The position numbers were made by a program, and so were the translations under genes. Of a stretch of DNA of 64,000 nt, positions 35,947-46,078 are shown one piece after another. This stretch comes from Armatimonadota bacterium (lineage in GTDB: Bacteria; Armatimonadota; Fimbriimonadia; Fimbriimonadales; Fimbriimonadaceae). A model generated the notes under the pieces. The model worked only from the letters and a program-made list of their open reading frames with translations. It had not been told where the DNA came from and searched no databases. Numbering within the stretch: the first letter of the stretch is position 1; the number at the start of each line of letters is the position of its first letter. The stretch covers positions 62,001 through 126,000 of the forward strand of contig JANNQV010000015.1 of the NCBI GenBank assembly GCA_031400935.1. The letters run 5' to 3'.

Positions 35947-38097
35947 TTAGGAAGCCCGCTTCAAAAATCCCGGCGCCTTGTACTTCGCCATATCTTTGCG
36001 AATCTGTTGCAGAATTTCAGAGGGGAGTTTGTCTATGGAATCAACAAATGGAGAATTACCTCGCACTTCCGTCGCCTCAAATTTCATCGCAATTTCCTTG
36101 TCAAGCTGAATCAAAATAGTAAGTGTTCTGCGATTTAGAACCCGAAACTTCTTTAATTGAGCTCCCTCTTGCGCCTCTGCTTCGAGGCCTTTGAGAAGTT
36201 CACTTGGGGAGAAATTACGACTTATCTGATCTCCATCGGAGTCAGCTCCTAATGCCTCGACAATTGGATTCGGATTGAATGCCACTTTCATCCGAGCGTT
36301 AGGGTGGATGTCAGGGGCGTAACGTTCTGTAGGTTCCAAGTAGCCAAGCTCATTAGACAGGAAATCACCGCCAAAAAGTGATCTCTCTTCCCCGCCCATA
36401 GTTAGCGGAGGCATTAGCTTTACAAAAAGCTCGTATCGAAGTATTGTCTTTTGCTTTTCGCTCAAGTTCTTGAAGCCAAGTTCTTCACCGTTCCTGATTG
36501 CTACCATTTGCAATGGGCTTAGTGACGAAAAGAGTTGCAGAGCTGTTATGGAGCTGGAGTCATCCAATATTTCCGAGTTAATTTGCAATCTATCGAGCGG
36601 GAATGCAACTGAAAGATAGGAAACTGACGATGGATCAGGTTGCAGAGCTTCAAAGAAGGTGGATGCAGTTTCAATGCTCACGAAATTATCTTTGATGACT
36701 TGTCGCAGAAAAGGGCCAGAGCTATTTCGGGGCATCCTTTTCAGGGCTGAATATCCAGTTAAACTGATCGGAGTAATTAAGCCGATCGTAATCCAACCAT
36801 CGCGATTCTCAACTCTGTAGTCTCTATTTCCTGGCCGAAACCAACGAAGAAAGCGGCTTTGGTCGAGAACGCCCTCTGGGTTTGCTCGAATACCGTAAGT
36901 TTGCGAATCGCTCAAAACAGCAACAAGCTGTTCACCTTTCTCTTCAGCGTACTGGATCAAAGTGGGGCCTGCTGAAATTGCCAAAGGGTCAGTAATTTCA
37001 GGGTGTGTCAATGCATTCAAAAATTCTTTTGAAAATTTTGGTGGATTGTAATCGCCAACGTCCGATGAAAGGGCTAGCTGCCACGACGCAATTAGGTTTG
37101 ACAGTTCGAGTGCCAGCGATCTAATGACAATCGGTTTCTCCATGGGCTTCAAAACTGGATCTGGAAGCGGACTCGAAATTGAGCCTGTTGGTTCCGAAAA
37201 CATGGAAAATGACTCTTGAACTACTTTGGAATTCTGGTTCAAAAATGTCATTTGTAAGATTATTGATCTTCCGCTAAAAGAGTAGGTTTCGATGTTCAAC
37301 TTTATCGGTTGCGTTAAAGATCGAGAGCTTTGTAGCGATTCATCTAAGTAATAGGGAATCAGGTGGCTAAAGGCATACGAATATTCGTTGAGCCTTCCTA
37401 AAAGATCGGAGTTTCTTTGGAGTTGATTTCGCCACAACAACGATTGTTGGAGATACGATACGGCCAGTTTCCACACTCCTGGAGGCGCAGGTCGCTGCCT
37501 CGCTGTGGGGTGAGTGCTCCAAACGATTCGTTCACGATTCTCAGATTCAGCTAGTCTCTTTGGATCCAGCATTAGGAGTATCTGTTTGCCAAAGACAATG
37601 TCGGGACCACGTTCCTCAAACTCGTTACCCGACTCATAGGGAGTGCTTTCATCTAACTGCTGAGAATTGAGTTTCTTAAAATATGCCTCAAGTTCGCTGA
37701 CGAGTGTAGAGGCCGATTTTGCATCGAAAGGCTTGGTAGTTGCCAGTTCATCCTTTGCTGCCTTTTGCATAGCAATAATTTTCTTAAGTCGCAAATTGTA
37801 AGGAGTTTCTTCTGGTGATAGCTTCTTCGCGACCAGTCTTGTTCCCTCTTTTTCCTTCACCCATTCCCCATTCAGTGCAAAGGCCAGGCGATCCATAGTC
37901 TTGGCAAGTGGAGCTTTGTCGAGCCTCAAAATGATCGGCTCTTCTGCCAAACTTTGCCCGATCAGCAACGTTTGCCCAGCCTGTTTGGAAAGCTCTTCGA
38001 ACACCAACTTCGCGCGAACGCCGGGGCAGGTGTAAGTGATCGTGGGTTCGGATTGCGTACCGAATCCAAGAAGCGCGGCAACGATTAGGCAATTCAT
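35947..38097 (-). CDS. Large hypothetical secreted protein
   Basis: 716 aa ORF with signal peptide and GAGGA RBS; N-terminal region is secretin/STN-like by pattern only. Confidence 0.75.
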   Translation of the reverse strand: MNCLIVAALLGFGTQSEPTITYTCPGVRAKLVFEELSKQAGQTLLIGQSLAEEPIILRLDKAPLAKTMDRLAFALNGEWVKEKEGTRLVAKKLSPEETPYNLRLKKIIAMQKAAKDELATTKPFDAKSASTLVSELEAYFKKLNSQQLDESTPYESGNEFEERGPDIVFGKQILLMLDPKRLAESENRERIVWSTHPTARQRPAPPGVWKLAVSYLQQSLLWRNQLQRNSDLLGRLNEYSYAFSHLIPYYLDESLQSSRSLTQPIKLNIETYSFSGRSIILQMTFLNQNSKVVQESFSMFSEPTGSISSPLPDPVLKPMEKPIVIRSLALELSNLIASWQLALSSDVGDYNPPKFSKEFLNALTHPEITDPLAISAGPTLIQYAEEKGEQLVAVLSDSQTYGIRANPEGVLDQSRFLRWFRPGNRDYRVENRDGWITIGLITPISLTGYSALKRMPRNSSGPFLRQVIKDNFVSIETASTFFEALQPDPSSVSYLSVAFPLDRLQINSEILDDSSSITALQLFSSLSPLQMVAIRNGEELGFKNLSEKQKTILRYELFVKLMPPLTMGGEERSLFGGDFLSNELGYLEPTERYAPDIHPNARMKVAFNPNPIVEALGADSDGDQISRNFSPSELLKGLEAEAQEGAQLKKFRVLNRRTLTILIQLDKEIAMKFEATEVRGNSPFVDSIDKLPSEILQQIRKDMAKYKAPGFLKRAS

Positions 38098-38129
38098 GCG
38101 AGAAGTCCTCTGCTATATGGTAGCGCGTT

Positions 38130-38252
38130 TTTGGGTTTGGGGTCTGGGTTTGGGGTTTGGAAATCGATTGGATGAGTTGAATGACTTGATTGCAGGCTAC
38201 GCCTTCGACGCTTAGCTATTCCAAGACCCTATACCCCATACCCAAAACCCTA
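38130..38252. repeat. Polarised inverted 7-mer arrays (GGGTTTG / ATACCCC)
   Basis: Direct reading. Confidence 0.85.
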
Positions 38253-38256
38253 CAAT

Positions 38257-39471
38257 TCACCTAGCATCCCAAACTCGAAATGCCAACAAATAAAGCTCCC
38301 TTTTGATCGCCCTTGCCGCTGCGCCCGTTAGATCGTCCAGGCTAACTTTCGTGGCAGCTGCGTCCTCTTCCGTCAATGTCAAAAGAGGCTGTCTACGGTA
38401 AGTGATTGTAGAAGTTCCCGAAACGCTAACTTCAAAAAGGTCGGGCACATTGTCAAAGAATTCATTCAAGACTGGAACCATGGCTTCCGCCCTAGTTTTC
38501 GCGAGTTCGCCGCCCAATGTGAACAGCGATCGAGTCGCAAATTTGATGCTAACGACTCCTGAAACGTCAACGGCTACAGTAGCACGATAGTCTGTTGAAA
38601 CTTGGCTTCGTCTGACAGGCAATTGCGCGCCCAAAATGTAAGATTCAATCGCCGATGCACGTTCTTTTGATGGCGGGTGAGTTCGATAAATTCCCCAATC
38701 AATGGCTTCAATGGTGCGCTGGTTTCTTCCCAGTTTTTCCATGAAAGTCAGCATTCCAACTGGGTTGTATTTGCTCTTTAACGTATACTGGAAACCAGCA
38801 TAATCGGCAGCCCTCTCAGCATTTTGGCCCCAACCGCTTGCGAGTGCCTGATTCGCCAATGTGCCAAGCAAAATCCCACCCTGGCCGGCTTCACCGCCAG
38901 AAAGCAAAGAAATAAGAATTAGCGGGAGGGTAAAGATGTCAACCTTGCTTTGTTCTTTCTGCAGTGTTGCCAAATGGCGGCATGAAGCGTGTGCGATTTC
39001 ATGTGCCAATACACCCGCCAGTTCGTCATCACTTTCGCAAAATTTGAGGAGGCCATCGTAAACGTAAATGTATCCTCCAGGAAGTGAAAAAGCATTGACC
39101 TCATCCTTTTCAACAACCTTGATCTGGTAGGCGTAGGGGTTCAGTCGTTTGTCACCCCAAAGAACTGTGATTGGATTTGCATTGGCAATTGCCGCTAGTT
39201 CTCCGGCGACACGATTTACGCGATCAATTGCTTCTTGGTTTTTTGAGGCCTTGAGTTCTTTGTCGGCTTTTTCGGCATACTTCTTTCCCATCTCGACGTC
39301 GCCTTTCAGGTCTTCTTGATGGCGAGCTTCCTCTTTTGATTTCTGGTCTTGCCATTCTGCCCATGCGGCCGATTCGATGGCGGCAATTTTAGGATCGGCT
39401 GGGTGCAATAGGCACACGGACGCCTGACTCATGGAGCCAAAAGTCAATAGGGCGAGTGCGGAAGTGATCAT
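38257..39471 (-). CDS. M48 family metalloprotease, secreted
   Basis: NAFSLPGG, ELAGVLAHEIAH, ERAAD, THP motifs. Confidence 0.9.
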   Translation of the reverse strand: MITSALALLTFGSMSQASVCLLHPADPKIAAIESAAWAEWQDQKSKEEARHQEDLKGDVEMGKKYAEKADKELKASKNQEAIDRVNRVAGELAAIANANPITVLWGDKRLNPYAYQIKVVEKDEVNAFSLPGGYIYVYDGLLKFCESDDELAGVLAHEIAHASCRHLATLQKEQSKVDIFTLPLILISLLSGGEAGQGGILLGTLANQALASGWGQNAERAADYAGFQYTLKSKYNPVGMLTFMEKLGRNQRTIEAIDWGIYRTHPPSKERASAIESYILGAQLPVRRSQVSTDYRATVAVDVSGVVSIKFATRSLFTLGGELAKTRAEAMVPVLNEFFDNVPDLFEVSVSGTSTITYRRQPLLTLTEEDAAATKVSLDDLTGAAARAIKRELYLLAFRVWDAR

Positions 39472-39516
39472 CCTTATAATTCTACGTTTGAAATCGAGTT
39501 TTGAGTCTATCCAATT

Positions 39517-39591
39517 GTGTGCTTCGTGCGTCTCGCACGAGAGTTCTTGAACTTAAGGATGGGGAAACTCGTGCGAGACGCACGAGCAACA
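39517..39591. repeat. REP doublet (REPIN-like)
   Basis: Perfect 18-bp inverted pair tcgtgcgtctcgcacgag (39524-39541) / ctcgtgcgagacgcacga (39568-39585); each copy is itself a 7-bp hairpin. Confidence 0.8.
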
Positions 39592-40545
39592 TCACGAGAA
39601 AATCACCATCGCCTTCAAGATGTCGCCATTCTTCATTGCTGCATAAGCCTTTGGAAGCTCCTCAATCTCAATAAAATCACTTACCAAACTTTCAGCTCGA
39701 ATCGCTCCTATTTGCATGAAACGAAGAGCAGATTCCATATCGTCAGGGCCACACGAATAGCTCGGCACAATCTGAATTTCGTCAAAATATATCTGATCCC
39801 AATTCAATTTCGCCGATTCGCTAGGAGAAAACGGTGCAAACATTACAAGAGTTCCGCCGGGCTTTACGATGTCAAGCCCCTTTTGAAATGCATCCGGAGT
39901 TCCCGGGCAAACTACGACAGCATCAGCCTTTTCAGAACTTGTCTCCGCCCGAAAACCTTGTTTTTTCGCCCAGTAAACACGCTTTTCAGAAGTGTCAATC
40001 CCAAATGCGTTCCGATCCAAAACCGCTAAATGCATGAGTCCCATTACGCCCAATCCGATCACACAGACCGAACCTGCGCTTTCGAGATTGCCGCGAGAGA
40101 TAGATTTCATCACGCACGCCAACGGTTCAAGAAGTGCCGCGTCTCGAGGTCTAAAATTATCAACGCGGTAGGTGTCGTTCAAATTCTCTTTTGGCACCGC
40201 GGCGAATTCGCACATGCCGCCAGGGATTAGCTTGGTTTCGCGCCATTGTCGGCAATGAACGTGTCTGCCATTGTTGCAATCTTCGCATTCGAGGCAAGGC
40301 GCATGATGATGCGGAGCAACTCTTGATCCGATAGGGAAACGAGCATCGTCAGACTCGACGACGATCCCACAAATCTCGTGCCCCAAAACGTGAGGCAATT
40401 TGCGATCCATGTACCAATCCATCAGCTCGCCGCTGCAAAGCCCACAGGCTTCGGTTCGAAGGACTAGCCCGCCGCATGGCAGGGAAGGGCGTTGTTCATC
40501 AACGATTTCGACTTGGCCGTTGCCGATGTATCGGGCGAGTTTCAT
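39592..40545 (-). CDS. Zinc-dependent alcohol dehydrogenase (MDR family)
   Basis: CGLC, GHE, structural Cys cluster, GLGVMG. Confidence 0.88.
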   Translation of the reverse strand: MKLARYIGNGQVEIVDEQRPSLPCGGLVLRTEACGLCSGELMDWYMDRKLPHVLGHEICGIVVESDDARFPIGSRVAPHHHAPCLECEDCNNGRHVHCRQWRETKLIPGGMCEFAAVPKENLNDTYRVDNFRPRDAALLEPLACVMKSISRGNLESAGSVCVIGLGVMGLMHLAVLDRNAFGIDTSEKRVYWAKKQGFRAETSSEKADAVVVCPGTPDAFQKGLDIVKPGGTLVMFAPFSPSESAKLNWDQIYFDEIQIVPSYSCGPDDMESALRFMQIGAIRAESLVSDFIEIEELPKAYAAMKNGDILKAMVIFS

Positions 40546-41540
40546 GGCCGAAAAACGTATTTCAACCCTTTCCCATCCTTAAGCAATTCAAAAACTTCGC
40601 TAGCTTCTTCCAGCGATTTTTCGCCCGAAAGAAGAGGTGAAAGGTCCATCGTTGGGTCCATCAGCCATCTTCGAGCTGAACGAACTGCCTGCGTTCCGAA
40701 ATGAAATGGGCTGATCAGTTTGATCTGGTCGTAATGCAACTTCTTAGTGTCATACGTGGCAGTAGTTCCCGAAGGGCATCCGCCGAATAGCACGATTGTG
40801 CCACCTCTTCGAGCGTATTTCGGAGTGGATTCCCAAATTTCAACACTTCCAGTACATTCGATTACAACGTCAAAACCTTGTCCAATATGCGAATCCAGAT
40901 CGCCGTTGTATACGGTCTTTACTCCTAACGATTCGCCAACCTCAAGGCGGGCTCTGTTGCGTCCTGCAAGCGTCACATCGTTGATCCCGATATGTTTTAG
41001 GGCGGCGGCAAACATGAGCCCAATCGAACCAGGACCGATAATCAAAACTCGGTCGGCAGGATCGGGTTTCAAGTTGTCAATCCCTTGTGCGACGCAGCTC
41101 AGCGGTTCCAAAAGCGATGCCTGAGCAAATGGAAGCGAGGCCGGCTTCGGAAAAACATTGAGCCTAGCAATGCGTTCTGGAACTAAAAGAAATTCGGCGT
41201 AGCTGCCCAAAACTTTCGTTGCCATAATACTTTCGCAAAGATTTTCTTGCCCCTTGAAGCACCAAAAACAGGTTTGGCATGGCGCCGAATGGACGCCCAT
41301 GACTGCATCGCCGACGGCAAACGGGGCACCCTCGCCAATAGCTGCGACAACTCCGGAATATTCATGACCAAGTACGCCAGGCATTGGAATCTGAGGATGG
41401 CCCCTTAGATAAGCCTTGAGGTCAGTTCCGCAAGTAGTTGCCGCCCGAACTTCAATGAGAATTTCGCCAGGCCCGGGAGTTGGAATCGGAATCGAATCGA
41501 GAAGGATCGCGCCAGGCTTTTGCAAAATCAAGGCTTGCAT
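40542..41540 (-). CDS. Zinc-dependent alcohol dehydrogenase (MDR family)
   Basis: CGTD, GHE, CxxCxxC..C, GPGSIG; start moved to ATG 41540. Confidence 0.9.
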   Translation of the reverse strand: MQALILQKPGAILLDSIPIPTPGPGEILIEVRAATTCGTDLKAYLRGHPQIPMPGVLGHEYSGVVAAIGEGAPFAVGDAVMGVHSAPCQTCFWCFKGQENLCESIMATKVLGSYAEFLLVPERIARLNVFPKPASLPFAQASLLEPLSCVAQGIDNLKPDPADRVLIIGPGSIGLMFAAALKHIGINDVTLAGRNRARLEVGESLGVKTVYNGDLDSHIGQGFDVVIECTGSVEIWESTPKYARRGGTIVLFGGCPSGTTATYDTKKLHYDQIKLISPFHFGTQAVRSARRWLMDPTMDLSPLLSGEKSLEEASEVFELLKDGKGLKYVFRP

Positions 41541-41718
41541 GTATGTTTTTGACGGAGTAAGTGCTGTTTCTTTCGATTGCACACTTGCCGCTGAACTCGT
41601 TTCGATAAGAAATCCTCGCTTGTTTTCACGTGATCACGCGAAAGTCTTAACTTGGAGTTTACCGAATTTGGATAAATCCGAACAAAACCGGGAAGTGAAT
41701 CTCCGTTCACAATATGAC

Positions 41719-41949
41719 GTGCGACGAGTACTTCTTATCGTTTTTCAGAGCTTCTCATCAATCGTTGCATTTGGATTTGCAGCGGAAGCATTTTCGTCTT
41801 CCTTTAAACTGACAGGAGCTAGTTCTCTCATTTGGATAGGTCTGTTTCGAGCTCTTTGTCTATTCCTTATTGGAGTTGTCTTCATCATTTTCGCTTGTCG
41901 AAATTTCCTAAAATTGGGAAAGGCTTATAGCCAAGAAGAACCAGAGTGA
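41719..41949 (+). CDS. Small hypothetical 2-TM protein
   Basis: Hydrophobic C-terminal part of ORF 41416-41949; GTGA overlap with prmC; start uncertain. Confidence 0.5.
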   Translation: MRRVLLIVFQSFSSIVAFGFAAEAFSSSFKLTGASSLIWIGLFRALCLFLIGVVFIIFACRNFLKLGKAYSQEEPE

Positions 41950-42773
41950 GAGCGGACGAATGGATTGCTCTAGCAGAAAGCCGCTTCAAAACTGCTGGAA
42001 TTGAGAGCGCAAGGCTAGAAGCGCAGGTTCTAGCCGCACACATTCTTGGCGAAAGCAGGTCTTGGGTGATCGCGCATCCAGAAGCAGAATTATCTGGCTT
42101 AAAGGGAGAACAACTCTTGCAAAGAAGGGTAGCAAGGGAGCCTCTTGCCTACATTACTGGCAAAAGGGAGTTTTATGGTCATGAGTTTCATGTTGGTCCG
42201 GGTGTCTTGATTCCGCGTCAAGAAACCGAATGTTTGGTTGATGCTGCGATCGAGTTCATCAAAAGCGACAGTTCCATCCAATCTGTTCTCGATCTCTGCA
42301 CTGGGAGCGGGTGCATCGCAATTAGCCTCGATCTTGAAACAGAAGCCAGAATTGTCGGTTCCGAAATGAGCCAATCAGCACTTGAAATTGCTCGTCAAAA
42401 CGGAGATTCGCTTTCTGCCAAGGTCGAATGGTTGGAAGGCGATGGTTTTACAGAAATAGTCGGCCGCAAGTTCGACTTGATCGTTTCAAATCCGCCCTAC
42501 CTTAAGAGAGGTGAGATTTTTATGCCCGAAGTCGCCAAATTTGAACCTGAAATTGCCCTGTATGCGGGACTAGATGGACTAGATGCTTATCGGTGGATTG
42601 CGAGAGATTCCCCAAAGTGCTTGAATATGCCTGGGTTTGTTCTGATAGAAACGGGATGGGGAATGGCCGATGACGTTCGCAAGATATTTGCAGGGTGTGG
42701 TTTTGAGTTCTTAAATTCGACAAAAGACCTGATGAGGATCGAGCGGGCATTGCTGTTTCGACGCGAAAGCTAG
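41946..42773 (+). CDS. prmC: Release factor glutamine methyltransferase
   Basis: EPLAYITG, VLIPRQETE, DLCTGSGCIA, SNPPY. Confidence 0.95.
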   Translation: MRADEWIALAESRFKTAGIESARLEAQVLAAHILGESRSWVIAHPEAELSGLKGEQLLQRRVAREPLAYITGKREFYGHEFHVGPGVLIPRQETECLVDAAIEFIKSDSSIQSVLDLCTGSGCIAISLDLETEARIVGSEMSQSALEIARQNGDSLSAKVEWLEGDGFTEIVGRKFDLIVSNPPYLKRGEIFMPEVAKFEPEIALYAGLDGLDAYRWIARDSPKCLNMPGFVLIETGWGMADDVRKIFAGCGFEFLNSTKDLMRIERALLFRRES

Positions 42774-42794
42774 CTAAGCGGGTTTAATTCTCTT

Positions 42795-43322
42795 ATGCAA
42801 ATCGTCGTGCCTGACGAATACAAATTCCTTTACGAACTCAGCGCCGAACGTCCTGTCATTAAGATTCCAGACCCGGTGCTGCGAAAGAGTGCTGAACCGG
42901 TCTCGAAGCTGACTAAAAAGGTCGGTCTGGTTCTCGATGACATGATTCGCATTATGAAGCGGGCAAATGGCGTCGGGTTGGCGGCTCCGCAGCTTGGAAT
43001 CTTGCAGCGAATGATTGTTGTCGCCCCCGCCGGGCATAAGCCGATGGCGTTAATCAATCCTGTAGTCACAAAATCGGAAGGCGAGCAAATCGCCGAGGAG
43101 GGCTGCCTTTCGATACCGGGACTTTATGGCGACGTCATTCGAGCAGAATTTGTCGAAGTCGAGGCTTTTGACCGAAAGGGAAACGAAGTCGTCTTAGAAC
43201 TTGAAGGAATGCCTGCTCGAATTGTCTTGCACGAAATTGACCATCTCGACGGAATTCTTTTTATTGACAAAGTTGATTTGGCGACTCTCCATTGGATGAA
43301 TCCGGAAGCGCCCGAAGAATGA
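42795..43322 (+). CDS. def: Peptide deformylase
   Basis: GVGLAAPQ, EGCLS, HEIDHLDG. Confidence 0.96.
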   Translation: MQIVVPDEYKFLYELSAERPVIKIPDPVLRKSAEPVSKLTKKVGLVLDDMIRIMKRANGVGLAAPQLGILQRMIVVAPAGHKPMALINPVVTKSEGEQIAEEGCLSIPGLYGDVIRAEFVEVEAFDRKGNEVVLELEGMPARIVLHEIDHLDGILFIDKVDLATLHWMNPEAPEE

Positions 43323-44239
43323 AAATCGCTTTTTTTGGCACCGCAAGCTTTGCAGTTCCGACATTGGAGCGTTTGTCAGATTCGATCAGTTTGGTTGTTT
43401 CTCAGCCAGACCGCCAATCTGGGCGCGGCTTAAAACTGCAGTGTAGCCCAGTTAAACAAGCTGCCATTCAATTGGGCTTGCCAGTGGAAACTCCCGAAAA
43501 GTGTCGTTCCGCTGAGTTCATTGAGAGAATCCGGAGCGAGGAATTTGATGTCTTATTGGTGGCTGCATACGGTCAAATTCTTCCTCAAGCTCTATTGGAA
43601 GCAGCCCGTTGCGGTGCCATCAATCTCCATGGCTCGATCTTGCCAAAATATCGGGGTGCCGCTCCAATTCAGCGAGCCATTCAAAATGGGGAAGCGGAAA
43701 CTGGCGTGACCCTAATGCAAATGGATCGGGGAATGGACACTGGCGACATAATTTCCATTTCAACTTGCCCAATTGAGCCGGACGAAACGTATGGCGAAGT
43801 TGAATTGAAACTCGGAGGAATAGCAGCCAAGTTAGCGCAAGACTGGATGCCCAAAATCGTATCAGGGAACTACTCGAGGACGCCTCAAAATTCCGTAGAG
43901 GCAACGTATGCGCCCAAGGTCGAACGAATTGAAGGGGAACTTTCATTTAGCGGCGATGTTAGTATCGAATACAACCGATTTCGAGCCTTCACGCCTTCGC
44001 CTGGAGCATTCCTTGTGACAAAATTGGGCAGATTGAAACTCGCCGAAGTGAGAAATAGCGAGGAAACTGGTATCCCCGGGACGATTTTGAGACGGTCGCC
44101 TGATCCAATCGTTGCTTTTGAAGGTGGAAGCTTAATCTTTGTGGCCGTTTCGCCTGAAGGCAAACCGCGGATGCGTGGCTTAGATTGGCTGAACGGGGTA
44201 CGGTTGAAAGAAGACGATTCCCTCTTACCATCTGGATAG
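43319..44239 (+). CDS. fmt: Methionyl-tRNA formyltransferase
   Basis: QPDR..GRG, AYGQIL, NLHGSILPKYRGAAPIQ; ATGA overlap with def. Confidence 0.95.
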   Translation: MKIAFFGTASFAVPTLERLSDSISLVVSQPDRQSGRGLKLQCSPVKQAAIQLGLPVETPEKCRSAEFIERIRSEEFDVLLVAAYGQILPQALLEAARCGAINLHGSILPKYRGAAPIQRAIQNGEAETGVTLMQMDRGMDTGDIISISTCPIEPDETYGEVELKLGGIAAKLAQDWMPKIVSGNYSRTPQNSVEATYAPKVERIEGELSFSGDVSIEYNRFRAFTPSPGAFLVTKLGRLKLAEVRNSEETGIPGTILRRSPDPIVAFEGGSLIFVAVSPEGKPRMRGLDWLNGVRLKEDDSLLPSG

Positions 44240-44244
44240 TAACT

Positions 44245-45525
44245 ATGTCGAAACTGACTCAACCAAAAAATCTGCGAAAGATGATCTCTCGTTCAGCCAT
44301 TCTTGCGCTCGTAGTAGCGTGCCTCATCTACGGTTATCAATTTTATGGGCAGTGGAGCCGCGACATTGACATGCCTGCCGAAAATCACACCGTTGGCTTT
44401 ATTGCGTCAACCCAAATGCTGGACGACGGCTCGAAAGTCGTTCTTTTCAAACCAGACGGGACAATGGTCGAAAGCCCTGAGTACAAAGCCGGATATTCAG
44501 ACAAAGATCCTGTATGGCGGCCGGACGGCAACAGGCTATTCTTTATCAGCGATCGCGTCGAAAATGCTCAAAACATCTTTCGATGGAACATAGATGCCGC
44601 CCACCTTTCTCGCAAGACTTATAATTCTCGAAGTAAAGGCAACCTAAGCTTCTTGCCAAACAGTTCACCGAATGCAAACAAAAAGGCGCTGGTTATTTCG
44701 GGAGGATTTGTTCTTGAATTCAATCCTGTTACAGCCACCACGCAGCAAGTCCTTCCCCCAGTTGCAAAAGATCGAGTTGCGACTGACGACCAGAGTGGCG
44801 CAGCAGGTCAATTTGATACTGCTTATCAAAAACTTGGTATGAGCTTTAAGGAAGCACGTTGGACGCCTGACGAAAAATTTGTCGTAGCAATCATGCGTCG
44901 CGAAATTGGCGAAACGCTCATGCTTCAAGAACTGAATTCCACAAACCCTCCGATCCCGCTCGTTGCGGGCGACAAAGTTGAATTCGACATTGATCCCGTA
45001 ACAGGAAAAATTTTGTTCTTGGTGCTCAATTTTCGACTTTTTGACGAGCAAAATCCGCCGAGCGAATATATCAAAGGTGGCAAGCTGGTCTTGCCATTTC
45101 GGCACATGATTGCGATGGTTGACCCGGCAAAAATGAGTTCACCGCAGACAGCCAACGAGGCAACCACTGTGATGATTCAATCGAAATCTGACGACAACGC
45201 GTTTCACCGTTTAAGCATTTCTCCCGATGGTTCAATGTTCATGATCGTAGATGGTCGCCTTGATATGACAAGGGGACAAGTCGAACCTAGAACTTTGGTT
45301 GTGATGCCTTTCACAGAAAACGCTGCAAGCGCTCCGACTCCTATAGTTCAGGACAAAATTTATGAACCGGCTTGGTCGCCGGATTCGAACAAGATCGTAT
45401 TCATCAAATACAACGAAAAGGATCAAAGAGCGATTTGGACGATCAACCGAGATGGCAGCGAAATGAAATCCGTATCTAAGGATTTAGGGGATTTTTCATT
45501 CCCGAGATTTAGTCCGCAAAAGTAG
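44245..45525 (+). CDS. TolB-like / PD40 beta-propeller protein with N-terminal anchor
   Basis: PVWRPDG, WTPD, ISPDG, PAWSPDS, PRFSP repeats; start moved to ATG 44245. Confidence 0.8.
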   Translation: MSKLTQPKNLRKMISRSAILALVVACLIYGYQFYGQWSRDIDMPAENHTVGFIASTQMLDDGSKVVLFKPDGTMVESPEYKAGYSDKDPVWRPDGNRLFFISDRVENAQNIFRWNIDAAHLSRKTYNSRSKGNLSFLPNSSPNANKKALVISGGFVLEFNPVTATTQQVLPPVAKDRVATDDQSGAAGQFDTAYQKLGMSFKEARWTPDEKFVVAIMRREIGETLMLQELNSTNPPIPLVAGDKVEFDIDPVTGKILFLVLNFRLFDEQNPPSEYIKGGKLVLPFRHMIAMVDPAKMSSPQTANEATTVMIQSKSDDNAFHRLSISPDGSMFMIVDGRLDMTRGQVEPRTLVVMPFTENAASAPTPIVQDKIYEPAWSPDSNKIVFIKYNEKDQRAIWTINRDGSEMKSVSKDLGDFSFPRFSPQK

Positions 45526-45540
45526 GACAGAATTTCTCCT

Positions 45541-45650
45541 GTTTTTGGTTATTTGTTGTTGGTTATTGGTTGTTGGTTGTCTCGACTTGGAATAAGGGTT
45601 GCTGGACCTGGGTCAAATTAGTTCGAGGATAACGGAAAACCGACAACCGA
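45541..45650. repeat. Polarised 7-mer arrays (GGTTGTT / ACAACCG) at the tRNA 3' flank
   Basis: Direct reading. Confidence 0.8.
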
Positions 45651-45655
45651 GCGTT

Positions 45656-45731
45656 TGGTGAGTCGGCTGGGACTCGAACCCAGGACCCACGCCTTAAAAG
45701 GGCGTTGCTCTACCAACTGAGCTACCGACTC
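45656..45731 (-). tRNA. tRNA-Lys(UUU)
   Basis: Reverse complement GAGTCGG TAGCTCAGTTGGTAGAGC A ACGCC-CTTTTAA-GGCGT ... GGTTCGAGTCC ... CCGACTC ACCA; 76 nt with encoded CCA. Confidence 0.97.
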
Positions 45732-45770
45732 ACAGTCCAAGATGGTACCCGGAGAAGGCTTCTGAGCGCG

Positions 45771-45858
45771 GAATGGAGCGCTGAGCTCAATGTCTACAAA
45801 ACTCACTCACTCCTGAATTTCGGCTCCGCATTCTGGTGCCCGGACGTCCACGTCCGGC
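45771..45858 (+). repeat. Composite REP-like element, copy A
   Basis: gaatggagcgc..gagct-[variable]-gctccgcatt-tggt-ccggacgt-cc-acgtccgg. Confidence 0.75.
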
Positions 45859-45975
45859 TGATCATGATTCAAACTTACTAAAGTAGATCGTGCATGTTTG
45901 CAATAGAAAGTGCAACTCGTGTTCTGAGTTTTACTCAGACAGTTCTATGCAGTTAAGCGAAATGTTATGCTGTTG

Positions 45976-46064
45976 GCCGGAGGTGGACGTCCGGGGACCC
46001 AAAAATGCGGAGCTGAGGCAAATGAACTAGAAAGCTGCGACCAATTTGAGCCTGCGCTCCATTC
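45976..46064 (-). repeat. Composite REP-like element, copy B (inverted relative to A)
   Basis: Reverse complement reads gaatggagcgcaggctcaa-[variable]-gcctcagctccgcattt-ttgggt-ccccggacgtccacctccggc. Confidence 0.75.
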
Positions 46065-46078
46065 ATTGCAGCAAGTAA

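Noticed and set aside
45743..45760. tggtacccggag resembling the reverse complement of a tRNA-Leu 3' end (att remnant)
   Set aside because: No T-arm follows; on the minus strand it reads TACCAT just upstream of tRNA-Lys and fits its -10 box
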